DNA of 32,399 nucleotides. Origin: Sulfurihydrogenibium sp. GTDB taxonomy: Bacteria; Aquificota; Aquificia; Aquificales; Hydrogenothermaceae. The notes under the pieces are model-generated. The model was not told where the DNA came from. It ran no database searches and saw nothing but the letters and a program-made list of their open reading frames with translations. The DNA is taken from NCBI GenBank assembly GCA_037442825.1, contig JBBIPN010000007.1:1-32399 (forward strand), given 5' to 3'. Of the stretch, positions 1 through 9,112 are shown piece after piece. Each line of letters opens with the position of its first letter. Within the stretch, counting starts at the first letter, position 1. Position numbers and translations under genes: made by a program.

Positions 1-194
1 GATGTTATCACATCTATGCCAGTATTTAACATCTCTTCAAAAACAGATTTTGTTATTCCATTTCCATGGGCTAAATTTTCACCGTTTAAAACAATAAAGT
101 CTATCTTTAGGTCTTTTATAAGTTTAGGAAGAACTGTTTTCACAGCTCTCCTTCCTGTTTTACCTATAACATCTCCAACAGCTAAAAAATTCAT
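1..194 (-). CDS. ymdB: YmdB-family metallophosphoesterase, N-terminal part; runs off the window edge
   Basis: Not in the ORF track. Hand translation from ATG at 194 gives MNFLAVGDVIGKTGRRAVKTVLPKLIKDLKIDFIVLNGENLAHGNGITKSVFEEMLNTGIDVIT, with the GDxxG and NGEN motifs. Purine-rich RBS upstream; lies directly downstream of rny, a known synteny. Confidence 0.92.
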   Translation of the reverse strand, partial: MNFLAVGDVIGKTGRRAVKTVLPKLIKDLKIDFIVLNGENLAHGNGITKSVFEEMLNTGIDVIT

Positions 195-206
195 ACCTTC
201 CTCTTT

Positions 207-1901
207 TTATTTTGCAATCTCTATAAATCTTGATTCTCTTATTGTAACAACCTTTATTTGCCCAGGGAAATCTACTTCATTTTCTATTCTTTTTGCTATT
301 TCTTTTGTAAGTAGATAAGATTCTTCATCTGAAAGTTTTTCTGCATTTACAATTATCCTTACTTCTCTTCCTGCTTGAATAGCAAAAGATTTTTCCACAT
401 TTTCAAACGAGTTAACAATAGCTTCTATTTTTTCAAGTCTGTTTATATAAGATTGTAAAACTTCTCTTCTTGCTCCAGGTCTTGCTGCTGATAGTGCATC
501 TGCTGCAGCTACAAGTACTGCTTCTGGATATCTTGCAGGTTCATCTCCATGGTGATATAAAATAGCGTTTATAACATAATCAGGTTCACCATATCTTTTA
601 GCTATCTCTGCACCAACTTTTGAATGGGCTCCACCAACTTCATGAGATATAGCTTTCCCTATATCATGCATTAAACCACCTCTTTTTGCCATTTTCTCAT
701 CTAAACCAAGCATTGCTGCCATCATTCCAGCAAGGTAAGCCACTTCTTTTGTATGTAATAGTACATTTTGAGTATAAGAAGTTCTATAATTTAGTTTACC
801 AATGTAGTAGTAAAGTTCTGTATGTATATCTGTAAAACCAAGTTCTAAACATGTTTCTTCTCCAAGTTTTCTTATATGTTGGTCCATTTCTTCTTTAACT
901 TTTTCTACAACTTCTTCTATTCTACCTGGATGTATTCTTCCATCAGCTATCAATCTTTCTAATGACGTTTTAGCAATTTCCCTTCGTAAAGGATCGAAAG
1001 AAGATATAGTAACAATATCTGGCGTATCATCTATAATCAAATCAACACCTGTAGCAAGTTCAAAAGCTCTTATATTTCTTCCTTCTCTTCCGATAATTCT
1101 TCCTTTTATGTCATTACTTGGTAAATCTACTACAGAAACTGTATAAGATGTTGTTACTTCTGGAGCTAATCTTTGAATAGCAGTTAAAAGGTTCCATTTT
1201 GCTTCTTTTTCTGCTTGTTTTCTTGCTTCTTCTTCAATTTCTCTCATAAGTTTAGCAGCTTCAAGTTTTGCTTCTTCTTCTACTTTTCTCATAAGTTCTG
1301 CTTTTGCTTCTTCTTTTGTCATGCTTGCTATTCTCTGTAGTTCCAATATATAACGTTCTTCTGCAGATTTAAGTTTTTCTTCTTTTTCTTTTAAAACTTT
1401 CTCTACGTTTTTAAGTTCTATCTCAATTCTTTGTATATCTTGTTCTTTTTTGTTAATCTCTTCTTCCTTGTGTTCTAATCTTGCGAGTCTTTTTTCTAAA
1501 TGGGACTCTTTTAGCATAAGTTGTTTTTCTAAATTTTGAAGTTCTTCTTTTTTTTGTTTTAATTCGTTTTCAAGTTCTTGTTTTCTTTTTAAAAGTTCTT
1601 TCTCAATAATAAACTCTGCTTGTTCTTTTAATCTTTGAGCTTCTCTTTCTATCTCACTTGCTTTTATCTTTGCTTCTCTCTCATAATCTTTTAAGATTTT
1701 CTCAGCTTCTTTTTCAGTTTCTTTAATTATCTTTTCAGCTTTTTCTTTTGCTTGTTTTTCTATTTCCTCTTTTTTATCTAAAACAGATAAATACTCTCTT
1801 TCCTTTTCTTTAAGTTTTTTTTCAACTAATATTTTGCCTGTTATAAATCCAGCGCCACCTGCAATGACAGCTGACGATAATCCTATTAATATCTCATTCA
1901 T
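207..1901 (-). CDS. rny: Ribonuclease Y
   Basis: N-terminal TM helix, long E/K coiled coil, KH domain (KGRIIGREGRNIR) and HD domain (HDIGKA, ADALSAARPGAR). Confidence 0.97.
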   Translation of the reverse strand: MNEILIGLSSAVIAGGAGFITGKILVEKKLKEKEREYLSVLDKKEEIEKQAKEKAEKIIKETEKEAEKILKDYEREAKIKASEIEREAQRLKEQAEFIIEKELLKRKQELENELKQKKEELQNLEKQLMLKESHLEKRLARLEHKEEEINKKEQDIQRIEIELKNVEKVLKEKEEKLKSAEERYILELQRIASMTKEEAKAELMRKVEEEAKLEAAKLMREIEEEARKQAEKEAKWNLLTAIQRLAPEVTTSYTVSVVDLPSNDIKGRIIGREGRNIRAFELATGVDLIIDDTPDIVTISSFDPLRREIAKTSLERLIADGRIHPGRIEEVVEKVKEEMDQHIRKLGEETCLELGFTDIHTELYYYIGKLNYRTSYTQNVLLHTKEVAYLAGMMAAMLGLDEKMAKRGGLMHDIGKAISHEVGGAHSKVGAEIAKRYGEPDYVINAILYHHGDEPARYPEAVLVAAADALSAARPGARREVLQSYINRLEKIEAIVNSFENVEKSFAIQAGREVRIIVNAEKLSDEESYLLTKEIAKRIENEVDFPGQIKVVTIRESRFIEIAK

Positions 1902-1904
1902 CTC

Positions 1905-2444
1905 TTATTCCTCCTTTCTTGTTTTATAGATATTTTTAGGTGTGATAACATAATCCATTGGAACATCGTGTAAATCATGTTGAAAATCAACAATTTGAAA
2001 GTCGTAAGCAAAACCTACTTTAATACCAATTGTTTTAGATAAAAATCTGTCATAGTAACCTTTTCCATATCCTATTCGATATCCATCTGTGTTGAATGCT
2101 ACAGCTGGCACAACAATAACCTCAATATCTTTTGGATTAAATGATTCTCCAAAAGGTTCTTTTATTCCACCATATCCAATATGAAGATTGTCTAAATCTT
2201 TAATTTTAATAGGAATTAAATCTTGCCCTTTTACTTTTGGAAGGATAACTGTTTTTTCGGATTTTAGAAGATGTTGAATTAAAGATATTGTGTCTACTTC
2301 TTTTTTGTGTGGGTAGTAAAGCATGTAGATTTTTTTATTGCCAAAATAATATAAAAATGTCTCTGTAATCTTTTTGGAATCTAAGTCTGTATTTTGGTAA
2401 AGTTCTCTTTTAGCTAAAACATCTCTTCGAATTTTTTCTTTCAA
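1905..2444 (-). CDS. ygfA: 5-formyltetrahydrofolate cyclo-ligase (YgfA/Fau family)
   Basis: Motifs VPAVAF, GYRIGYGKGYYDRFL and HDVPMDYVITP. TTG start with GGAGG upstream; located downstream of 6S RNA. Confidence 0.95.
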   Translation of the reverse strand: MKEKIRRDVLAKRELYQNTDLDSKKITETFLYYFGNKKIYMLYYPHKKEVDTISLIQHLLKSEKTVILPKVKGQDLIPIKIKDLDNLHIGYGGIKEPFGESFNPKDIEVIVVPAVAFNTDGYRIGYGKGYYDRFLSKTIGIKVGFAYDFQIVDFQHDLHDVPMDYVITPKNIYKTRKEE

Positions 2445-2446
2445 TA

Positions 2447-2471
2447 TGACCTCCCAATTTTTGGAAGGTCA
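2447..2471 (-). promoter_or_regulatory. 11-bp hairpin sequestering the Shine-Dalgarno of the cyclo-ligase gene
   Basis: The minus strand reads UGACCUUCCAA-AAA-UUGGGAGGUCA, fully paired with one G-U. GGAGG lies in the 3' arm, and the stem ends 2 nt before the TTG start. Confidence 0.6.
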
Positions 2472-2481
2472 GGGCTGATAA

Positions 2482-2671
2482 AGGCTCCCACGAAGGCCGA
2501 TGGGATAATTAGCTACATCTGAGCGTAGCCCCAATAGGTGGGAGCTCTCAATGTAATCCTCTCGAGCCTTATAAAAGGCTACCTGGGATGTACAGGATAT
2601 TGAGCTCCCTTTTCGTTGTTTATAGCCCAGAAAAATCTACATTATCCCTGTCGAACCCTGCAGGTAAGCCT
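2482..2671 (-). ncRNA. ssrS: 6S RNA (SsrS)
   Basis: About 190-nt GC-enriched intergenic rod with nested arms (plus-strand coordinates): AGGCT/AGCCT at the ends, GGGATAAT 2502-2509/ATTATCCC 2641-2648, GGGAGCTC 2540-2547/GAGCTCCC 2602-2609, and apex AGCCTT-ATAA-AAGGCT 2565-2580. It has an A-rich central bubble and sits between pheT and ygfA, the classic ssrS context. Ends are approximate. Confidence 0.88.
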
Positions 2672-2727
2672 ATTAAAGTATTTATATAAAAAATTTTATA
2701 TACCAATTTCAGCTCCTGAGTCCTTCC

Positions 2728-5142
2728 TTACATTCTTAAACTAATATCAGGATAATATAATTTAAGCTTACTTAGTATATCTTCAACTAAAATGTTTAGT
2801 TCTTCATCAGAAAGGCTTTTTTCTGGATTATTAAACTCTACTTTAAAAGCTATGCTTTTTTTATCTTCATTAAGATAGTAAACATCAAAGAGTTTAATAT
2901 CTTTTATATATACAGAAGATTTTAAGATACTATCCTTTAATTCTCCTGCTTTTACCTCTTTATCTACTACAAAAGCTAAATCTCTGTATGCTGATGGGTA
3001 TTTAGAAAGTTCTCTAAATTTAGGTGTATCTTTTTCTAAATAGTAGGTATACAAATATCCTTCTTTTAAAGCTTCCGCTTCCTCTAATCCTCTTGAAACA
3101 TACCTTAATTTTAGTTCAAAAATAAATGTATCTTTTGGAATTTCTAACTTTGTTGCTATCTCTGGGTGAATTTTACCTATATATCCTACGTTGTTTCCTT
3201 TGACGTATATGTTTGCAGATATATAAGGATGTAGATAATTTTCTAAATTTGTGTCAGTAAAATCATGGTTTTTTATCCCTAAGTAGTCTAATAGATTAGA
3301 TAATACACCTTTTAATATTAAAAAGTCCCAATCTACATTTGTATTAAACTGTCTTTTTCCATCATTGTAAGAAAAACCATCTACAATTTTCCCAGAAACT
3401 AAACCACTTACTCTTATCTCTTCAAAATTTTGATAAAAAGCTGATGATAGTTCAAATATAGATAAATCCTTTCTTGAAAATCTTAAATTTTCTTTTAAGT
3501 TTTCAATTAAACTAACAGCAAGTCTATCTCTCATTACGCTGTGAGATTTTAAGATGTAGTTAACAATTTTTGTGTTTGGAATAGATGTTTTTAAAATACT
3601 ATAGATATCTTCACTTGTAAATGTGTAGTTTACTACCTCTGTAAAACCATTGTTTAAAAAGTATGTTCTTACTTTGTTATCAAAATGCCAGTATTTTGAT
3701 TTTTCAAAAGATGATACATCAATTTTTGGATATGTAGGATTAAAGTTATCATAACCATAAATTCTTGCAACTTCTTCAACTAAATCAATAGATCTTTCCA
3801 AATCGTAACTTCTAAAGGAAGGTATTTTAATGTTTAGAGTACCATTTTCTATAGTACAATCAATTTCTAATCTTCCTAAGATATCTTTAATTTCAGAATT
3901 ATCTAACTTTTCTCCTAAAATTTTTTCTACATAAGAGGATTTAAGTATAACAGTTTTAGGTTGGTATGGTTTTAAATAAATATCCTTGTAGGATTCAATT
4001 GTTGATTCTTTAGATAGATTTAATATTAAATCTGCAGCTTTACAAGAAGCGTTAAATGTGTTTTCTATATCTACTCCTCTTTCAAATCTGTAAGATGAAT
4101 CTGTTAGTATACCTAAACGTTTTGCTGTTTTTCTAACAGAAATTGGGTCAAATATAGCAGATTCAAGGATTATATGTTTTGTATTCTCATCAATTTTAGA
4201 ATTTTCACCACCTATAATTCCTGCTATTGCAACAGCTTTTTTACTGTCTGCTATTACTATATCTGTTGATGATAATATCCTTTCTTCCCCATCAAGTGTA
4301 ACTATCTTTTCTCCTTCCTTTGCATATCTAACAGAAAGATTTCCTTCTATCTTTTCATAGTCAAAAGCATGTAAAGGTTGACCTTCTTGAATCATTATGT
4401 AGTTTGTAATATCTACTATGTTGTTTATAACAGATATTCCAGATTTTAAAAGTTTTAATCTAATATCTAATGGGGAATCTTTAATAGTAATATTTTTAAT
4501 TAAAATTCCTACATATCTGTAAACTTTATCTGTTTGAATAGATATATCAAGACTGTTGGTAGGAAGTGTTATATTTGGTTTATAATCTTTTCTTTTTAAC
4601 CTAAAGATAGCAGCAATCTCTCTTGCTAAGCCTCTAACACTTAAAGCATCACCACGGTTAGGAGTAATTTCTATCTCTAATATATCTTCCCCAAGACCTA
4701 ATATATAGTTTGGATCAGCACCTATTGGGGTACCATGGTCTAAAATAAATATTCCTTCTGATTTATCTTCTATCTCAAGTTCCTCTAAAGAGACCAACAT
4801 TCCTTGAGATTCATAGGAGCCAAATTTGATAGGTTTTATCTCTTTTCCTAAGATTTTAGCTCCTACTTTTGCAAAGATAACAACATTTCCAGTTTTAACA
4901 TTATCTGCTCCAGTTACGACCTGGTAGTTGTTTATTCCATCACTAACTTGGCAGATGTATAATTTATCTTTCTCTGGGTGTTTTTCTACAGATAAGACTT
5001 TTACAGTTGTTAAATTGGGAGTGTATTTTCCAAATTTAGATACAGCAGTTTCAATACCTGAAATATTTAGTTTTTCTGCAACTATTTCAGCTGGTAAATC
5101 TAAATCTACAAACTCTTTTATCCACGAGTAAGGAACTTTCAT
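2728..5142 (-). CDS. pheT: Phenylalanine--tRNA ligase beta subunit
   Basis: MKVPYSWIKEFV start, EITPNRGDALS, RFERGVD, DLVEEVARIYGYD and C-terminal FDX-ACB domain (RDLAFVV). Confidence 0.97.
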   Translation of the reverse strand: MKVPYSWIKEFVDLDLPAEIVAEKLNISGIETAVSKFGKYTPNLTTVKVLSVEKHPEKDKLYICQVSDGINNYQVVTGADNVKTGNVVIFAKVGAKILGKEIKPIKFGSYESQGMLVSLEELEIEDKSEGIFILDHGTPIGADPNYILGLGEDILEIEITPNRGDALSVRGLAREIAAIFRLKRKDYKPNITLPTNSLDISIQTDKVYRYVGILIKNITIKDSPLDIRLKLLKSGISVINNIVDITNYIMIQEGQPLHAFDYEKIEGNLSVRYAKEGEKIVTLDGEERILSSTDIVIADSKKAVAIAGIIGGENSKIDENTKHIILESAIFDPISVRKTAKRLGILTDSSYRFERGVDIENTFNASCKAADLILNLSKESTIESYKDIYLKPYQPKTVILKSSYVEKILGEKLDNSEIKDILGRLEIDCTIENGTLNIKIPSFRSYDLERSIDLVEEVARIYGYDNFNPTYPKIDVSSFEKSKYWHFDNKVRTYFLNNGFTEVVNYTFTSEDIYSILKTSIPNTKIVNYILKSHSVMRDRLAVSLIENLKENLRFSRKDLSIFELSSAFYQNFEEIRVSGLVSGKIVDGFSYNDGKRQFNTNVDWDFLILKGVLSNLLDYLGIKNHDFTDTNLENYLHPYISANIYVKGNNVGYIGKIHPEIATKLEIPKDTFIFELKLRYVSRGLEEAEALKEGYLYTYYLEKDTPKFRELSKYPSAYRDLAFVVDKEVKAGELKDSILKSSVYIKDIKLFDVYYLNEDKKSIAFKVEFNNPEKSLSDEELNILVEDILSKLKLYYPDISLRM

Positions 5143-6173
5143 TCTATCCCCTTAAACTGTAGGTTAAATCTTAGGTCATTTGTAAATAAAAGTCTTATAT
5201 CTGTAATTTGGTATCTAAGCATAGCTATCCTTTCTATCCCCAATCCAAAAGCGAATCCGGTGTACTTTTGAGAGTCAATGTTTACCTCTTTAAATACATT
5301 TGGATCAACCATTCCACAACCTAATATTTCAAGCCATCCAGTATTTTTACAAACTTTACATCCTTTACCACCACATACAGTACAACCTACATCTACTTCT
5401 GCTGAAGGTTCTGTAAATGGGAAATAGCTTGGTCTAAATCTAATTGGAATATTTTTCCCAAATATGTTTTCTAAAAATATCTTTAGTATACCTTTTAAAT
5501 CTTTAAAAGTTATATCTTTATCTACCATCAAACCTTCTATCTGATGGAACATTGGAGAATGGGTAGGATCCATATCTTTCCTATAAACTCTTCCCGGTGC
5601 TACAATGGCTATAGGTGGTTTTCTTTTTAACATCGTCCTTATTTGAACTGGTGAGGTATGTGTTCTAAGAAGCATACCATTATTTAGATAGAAAGTGTCT
5701 TGCATATCTCTTGCAGGATGGTTTTCAGGTATATTTAGTTTTGTAAAGTTATACTCTTCAAACTCTATTTCTGGTCCACTTTCTATTGAAAATCCCATCC
5801 AGTTAAAGATTTCTGTTATCTCTTTTAGGGTAGTAATTACAGGATGAGGAGCTGAAGAATCAAACCACTGTTTTGGTAAAGTGATATCTATTTTTTCTTT
5901 TTTTAAAAGTTCTTCTAACTCTTTTTTTCTTAGGTTTTCTTCAATCTCTTTTATTTTTTCTTCTAAAAGCTCTTTTACACTGTTGGCAAGTTGCCCAACT
6001 TCTTTTCTTTCTTCTACAGATAAGCTACCTAAGGATTTTAGTACAGATGTTATCAAACCTTTTTTACCGAGGTATTTAATCTTAATATCGTTCAATGTTT
6101 TAACATCTGATATACTGTTAAGTTCTTTAGTAGCATCTTCTTTTATGCTTAGAAGTTGGGCTTTTATACTCAA
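5139..6173 (-). CDS. pheS: Phenylalanine--tRNA ligase alpha subunit
   Basis: HPARDMQDTFY, FRPSYFPFTEPSAEVD, GFAFGLGIERIAML; overlaps pheT by 4 nt (ATGA). Confidence 0.98.
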   Translation of the reverse strand: MSIKAQLLSIKEDATKELNSISDVKTLNDIKIKYLGKKGLITSVLKSLGSLSVEERKEVGQLANSVKELLEEKIKEIEENLRKKELEELLKKEKIDITLPKQWFDSSAPHPVITTLKEITEIFNWMGFSIESGPEIEFEEYNFTKLNIPENHPARDMQDTFYLNNGMLLRTHTSPVQIRTMLKRKPPIAIVAPGRVYRKDMDPTHSPMFHQIEGLMVDKDITFKDLKGILKIFLENIFGKNIPIRFRPSYFPFTEPSAEVDVGCTVCGGKGCKVCKNTGWLEILGCGMVDPNVFKEVNIDSQKYTGFAFGLGIERIAMLRYQITDIRLLFTNDLRFNLQFKGIE

Positions 6174-6183
6174 GTTTTACTCC

Positions 6184-6537
6184 TTAAGCTGCTAATGCTG
6201 CCTTTGCTGACTCAACTAATTTAGCAAATGTTTCTATATCATTTACAGCTATATCTGCAAGTACTTTTCTGTCAAGTTCTATACCAGCTTTTTTTAATCC
6301 GTTTATAAACTGGCTATAGCTTAATCCATTTAATCTTGCTGCAGCATTTATTCTGGTAATCCATAGAGCTCTAAACTGCCTCTTTCTGTCTTTTCTATCT
6401 CTGTAAGCATAGTTTAAAGAGTGCATTACTTGTTCTTTAGCTCTTCTGTAAGACCTATGCTTTTGTCCGTAGTACCCTTTTGCTAACTTTAAAATCTTCT
6501 TTTTATGCTTTTTAGATGATGGTCCTTTTACTCTCAT
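6184..6537 (-). CDS. rplT: 50S ribosomal protein L20
   Basis: [39 protein letters not shown]. Confidence 0.98.
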   Translation of the reverse strand: MRVKGPSSKKHKKKILKLAKGYYGQKHRSYRRAKEQVMHSLNYAYRDRKDRKRQFRALWITRINAAARLNGLSYSQFINGLKKAGIELDRKVLADIAVNDIETFAKLVESAKAALAA

Positions 6538-6561
6538 TAATCAATTACCTCCTTTTTATTT

Positions 6562-6768
6562 TTAAACATTGTTTGGTAAAAGTGCTTTAACTTTGTGTTC
6601 TAAGTTTGCTGGCACGTACTGTGACTTTCTTCCTTGTCTTTTTCTCTTTGAAGATTTTTTAGTGTTGTAGTGAGATACTCCACCTTTTGTGTACTTTACT
6701 TTTCCAGTTGCAGTAATTTTTAATCTTTTAGCAGCAGTTCTATTTGTTTTCATTTTAACCTTTGCCAT
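6562..6768 (-). CDS. rpmI: 50S ribosomal protein L35
   Basis: KMKTNRTAAKRLKITATGKV; basic 68-aa protein upstream of rplT with an AAGGAGG RBS. Confidence 0.95.
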   Translation of the reverse strand: MAKVKMKTNRTAAKRLKITATGKVKYTKGGVSHYNTKKSSKRKRQGRKSQYVPANLEHKVKALLPNNV

Positions 6769-6802
6769 AAAAAATCCTCCTTATCGAAAATTGTAAAAGA
6801 TA

Positions 6803-6843
6803 ATTATAACACATTTTAAAAATTTTTAAAATTATGGTATAAT
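6803..6843. promoter_or_regulatory. Back-to-back sigma70 extended -10 promoters for rpmI (-) and rplY (+)
   Basis: Plus strand: TTTAAA (6815-6820)-N17-TATAAT (6838-6843), preceded by TGn. Minus strand: TGTTATAAT (6811-6803). Confidence 0.7.
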
Positions 6844-6883
6844 GTTTGTTCGTTTAAATTTTGATAGAAGGAGGAAAGATTAA

Positions 6884-7471
6884 ATGATTCAGACAATACA
6901 ATGGAACGCATTAACAAGAAAAAAGACAACAAAAAGTGAAATTAAAAATTACAGAAAGCAAGGTTATTTACCAGCAGAACTCTATGGGAAAGGACATCCA
7001 AATATATCTGTCTATATTAGCAAAAAAGCTTTACTTTCCAGACCTCATGGAAACTTCCTTATAGACCTTGTTATAGAAGGCGAATCTGAATCAAAACTTT
7101 GCATATTGAAGGATATTCAATATAGCTACTTAGGTGATGACCCTATACATGTAGATTTATATGAAGTAACCCAAGGTGTAGAGTTCGATATAGAGGTTCC
7201 AATAGAGTTTAGTGGAAAAGCAAAAGGAGTAGAAAAAGGTGGAATATTTGAAGCTCATATTCACTTTGTTTTAGTAAGAACTACACCAAAAAATATACCA
7301 GAGAAAATAGTTGTTGATGTATCAAATCTTGATTTAGGTGAAGTTTTACACGTTAGAGATATTGTGCTAACAGAAGGTGTTAAGATTATGACTCCAGGAG
7401 ATGAAGTTGTAGCAGTAGTTTCTGAGCCAGAAGTAGAAGTAACTGAAGAAACAGAAGAGGAAGGAGCATAA
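6884..7471 (+). CDS. rplY: 50S ribosomal protein L25 / general stress protein Ctc (long form)
   Basis: RKQGYLPAELYG, PIHVDLY, GVEKGG, IVVDVSNL; acidic tail; upstream of pth. Confidence 0.95.
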   Translation: MIQTIQWNALTRKKTTKSEIKNYRKQGYLPAELYGKGHPNISVYISKKALLSRPHGNFLIDLVIEGESESKLCILKDIQYSYLGDDPIHVDLYEVTQGVEFDIEVPIEFSGKAKGVEKGGIFEAHIHFVLVRTTPKNIPEKIVVDVSNLDLGEVLHVRDIVLTEGVKIMTPGDEVVAVVSEPEVEVTEETEEEGA

Positions 7472-7477
7472 TCTTAA

Positions 7478-8047
7478 TTGATTAAGGCTATTATAGGTCT
7501 TGGGAATCCAGGAGAAAAGTATAAAAATACACGTCATAATGTAGGTTTTATGGTTTGTGATCTTTTACTGGATTCTCTAAGATGTAACAAAAAGTATAAA
7601 GAAAAAGCTTTTTCTCATATACATGAGTGTGAAGATCATGATTTAATGGTAGCAAAACCACAAACTTATATGAATTTAAGTGGTAATGCTGTTTTAAACA
7701 TTGTTAAAGATTTTAAAATAAAACCATCAGAAATATTAGTAGTTTATGATGATTTAGATTTACCACTTGGATCTTTTAGGTTAAGACTTAAAGGTTCCAG
7801 TGGTGGACATAACGGTATAAAATCAATAATTGGTATGTTAAAAACAGAAGAATTTCCACGTTTAAAAATTGGTATAGGAAGACCAGAAAGAAAGGAAGAT
7901 ATATCCGATTATGTACTATCACCTTTTACTAAAGAAGAGAAAATTATATTAGCTAAAGTTTTAGCTAATGCTAATGAATGTATTTTAAATGTGATAAAAT
8001 ATGGTGTAGAAAAATCTATGAATATGTGTAATAAAAATTTGATTTAA
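7478..8047 (+). CDS. pth: Peptidyl-tRNA hydrolase
   Basis: GLGNPG..Y..TRHNVGF, KPQTYMNLSG, GSSGGHNGIKS. Confidence 0.97.
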   Translation: MIKAIIGLGNPGEKYKNTRHNVGFMVCDLLLDSLRCNKKYKEKAFSHIHECEDHDLMVAKPQTYMNLSGNAVLNIVKDFKIKPSEILVVYDDLDLPLGSFRLRLKGSSGGHNGIKSIIGMLKTEEFPRLKIGIGRPERKEDISDYVLSPFTKEEKIILAKVLANANECILNVIKYGVEKSMNMCNKNLI

Positions 8048-8106
8048 CCCTTGCTTTCCAAATTAATTTGGAAGGCTGATTTATAAAAAATCATCCAAAA
8101 GGAGGT
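8048..8106 (+). promoter_or_regulatory. S6:S18 ribosomal protein leader (rpsF autoregulatory RNA)
   Basis: CCCTT (8048-8052) can pair with the AAGGAGG RBS. It encloses stem GCTTTCCAAA/TTTGGAAGGC, a small TGATTT/AAATCA stem, and an unpaired CCA just before the RBS, matching the CCR motif of known S6:S18 leaders. Confidence 0.72.
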
Positions 8107-8110
8107 ATAA

Positions 8111-8437
8111 ATGAGACATTACGAGTTGGTTTTTGTGTTGAAGCCGACTTTATCTGATGAAGAGATAAAGTCAAAAGTAGAATCAGTTAAACAACTGATT
8201 GTACAAAATCAAGGTGAGATTTACAATGAAGAAAACTGGGGAAGGAAAAACTTAGCTTATCCAATTCAGAAGTTTAACTCAGGTTACTACTTCCTCATAA
8301 ACTTTAAAACAGAAAATAGCAATCTTCCATCTCTTTTAGAGTATAATTTAAGAATCACTGAAGACGTTATTAGATTTTTAAATATGAAGATCAAATCTCC
8401 GAAAGAAGAAAATGAGGTAGCTGAAAATGCTCAATAA
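8111..8437 (+). CDS. rpsF: 30S ribosomal protein S6
   Basis: MRHYELVFVLKP, WGRKNLAYPI, VIRFL. Confidence 0.97.
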   Translation: MRHYELVFVLKPTLSDEEIKSKVESVKQLIVQNQGEIYNEENWGRKNLAYPIQKFNSGYYFLINFKTENSNLPSLLEYNLRITEDVIRFLNMKIKSPKEENEVAENAQ

Positions 8438-8837
8438 AGTTTTGTTGATAGGTAGATTAACAAAGGACCCAGAAGTTAGGTTTCTACCTAGTGGTATGCA
8501 GGTTTCCTCTTTTACTTTAGCTGTTAATAGAAGTTATAAGGATAAGTCTGGTCAATGGCAAGAAGAAACATACTTTTTTGATATAGAAACTTATGGAAAT
8601 TTGGCGGAAAGAGTAGGTAAGCAGTTTTCAAAAGGATATCAGATATATTTAGAAGGTTCTTTAAGGCAAGATAAGTGGGAAACACAGGCTGGAGAAAAAA
8701 GAAATAAAATAAAGATTGTGGCAGATAAAATTTCTCTCTTATCTAAACCTGGTGAGCAAAAGAATGTTGCTATGAAAGAAGAAGATTTATCTATACCGCC
8801 AGAAGATTTAGAATCTGATGATGAAATACCATTTTAA
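8427..8837 (+). CDS. ssb: Single-stranded DNA-binding protein
   Basis: MLNKVLLIGRLTKDPE; C-terminal DDEIPF; rpsF-ssb-rpsR synteny. Confidence 0.97.
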   Translation: MLNKVLLIGRLTKDPEVRFLPSGMQVSSFTLAVNRSYKDKSGQWQEETYFFDIETYGNLAERVGKQFSKGYQIYLEGSLRQDKWETQAGEKRNKIKIVADKISLLSKPGEQKNVAMKEEDLSIPPEDLESDDEIPF

Positions 8838-8859
8838 ATTTTAAAAGGAGGAATTAGAA

Positions 8860-9099
8860 ATGGCAAACGTTGTACAAAATAAACCTTATATACAAAAAAG
8901 AAAAAAATATTGTAAATTCTGTGCAGAAAAGAAGGAACCAAACTATAAAGATTTAGAAATATTAATGGAGTTTATTTCTGAAAGAGGAAAGATTGTTCCA
9001 AAAAGAATATCTGGTACATGTGCAAAACATCAAAGAAGACTTGCTGTTGAAATTAAGAAAGCAAGACAGCTAGCATTAATACCTTATGTTATCGTTTAA
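8860..9099 (+). CDS. rpsR: 30S ribosomal protein S18 (zinc-binding C+ form)
   Basis: CKFC...FISERGKI...CAKHQR. Confidence 0.97.
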   Translation: MANVVQNKPYIQKRKKYCKFCAEKKEPNYKDLEILMEFISERGKIVPKRISGTCAKHQRRLAVEIKKARQLALIPYVIV

Positions 9100-9112
9100 G
9101 GAGGTGTAGAAT

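Noticed and set aside
16..318. Plus-strand 100-aa ORF
   Set aside because: Antisense shadow of ymdB and rny, which carry clear family motifs on the minus strand.
1200..1830. Low-complexity (TTC/TTT)-rich stretch resembling a repeat
   Set aside because: Explained by the E/K-rich coiled coil of RNase Y.
2672..2727. Dedicated sigma70 promoter for 6S RNA
   Set aside because: TTGGTA and TATAAA/TAAATA candidates have poor spacing or consensus in a very AT-rich tract, so it cannot be supported.
6174..6183. T-box or pheM-type attenuator before pheS
   Set aside because: Only 10 nt separate rplT and pheS.
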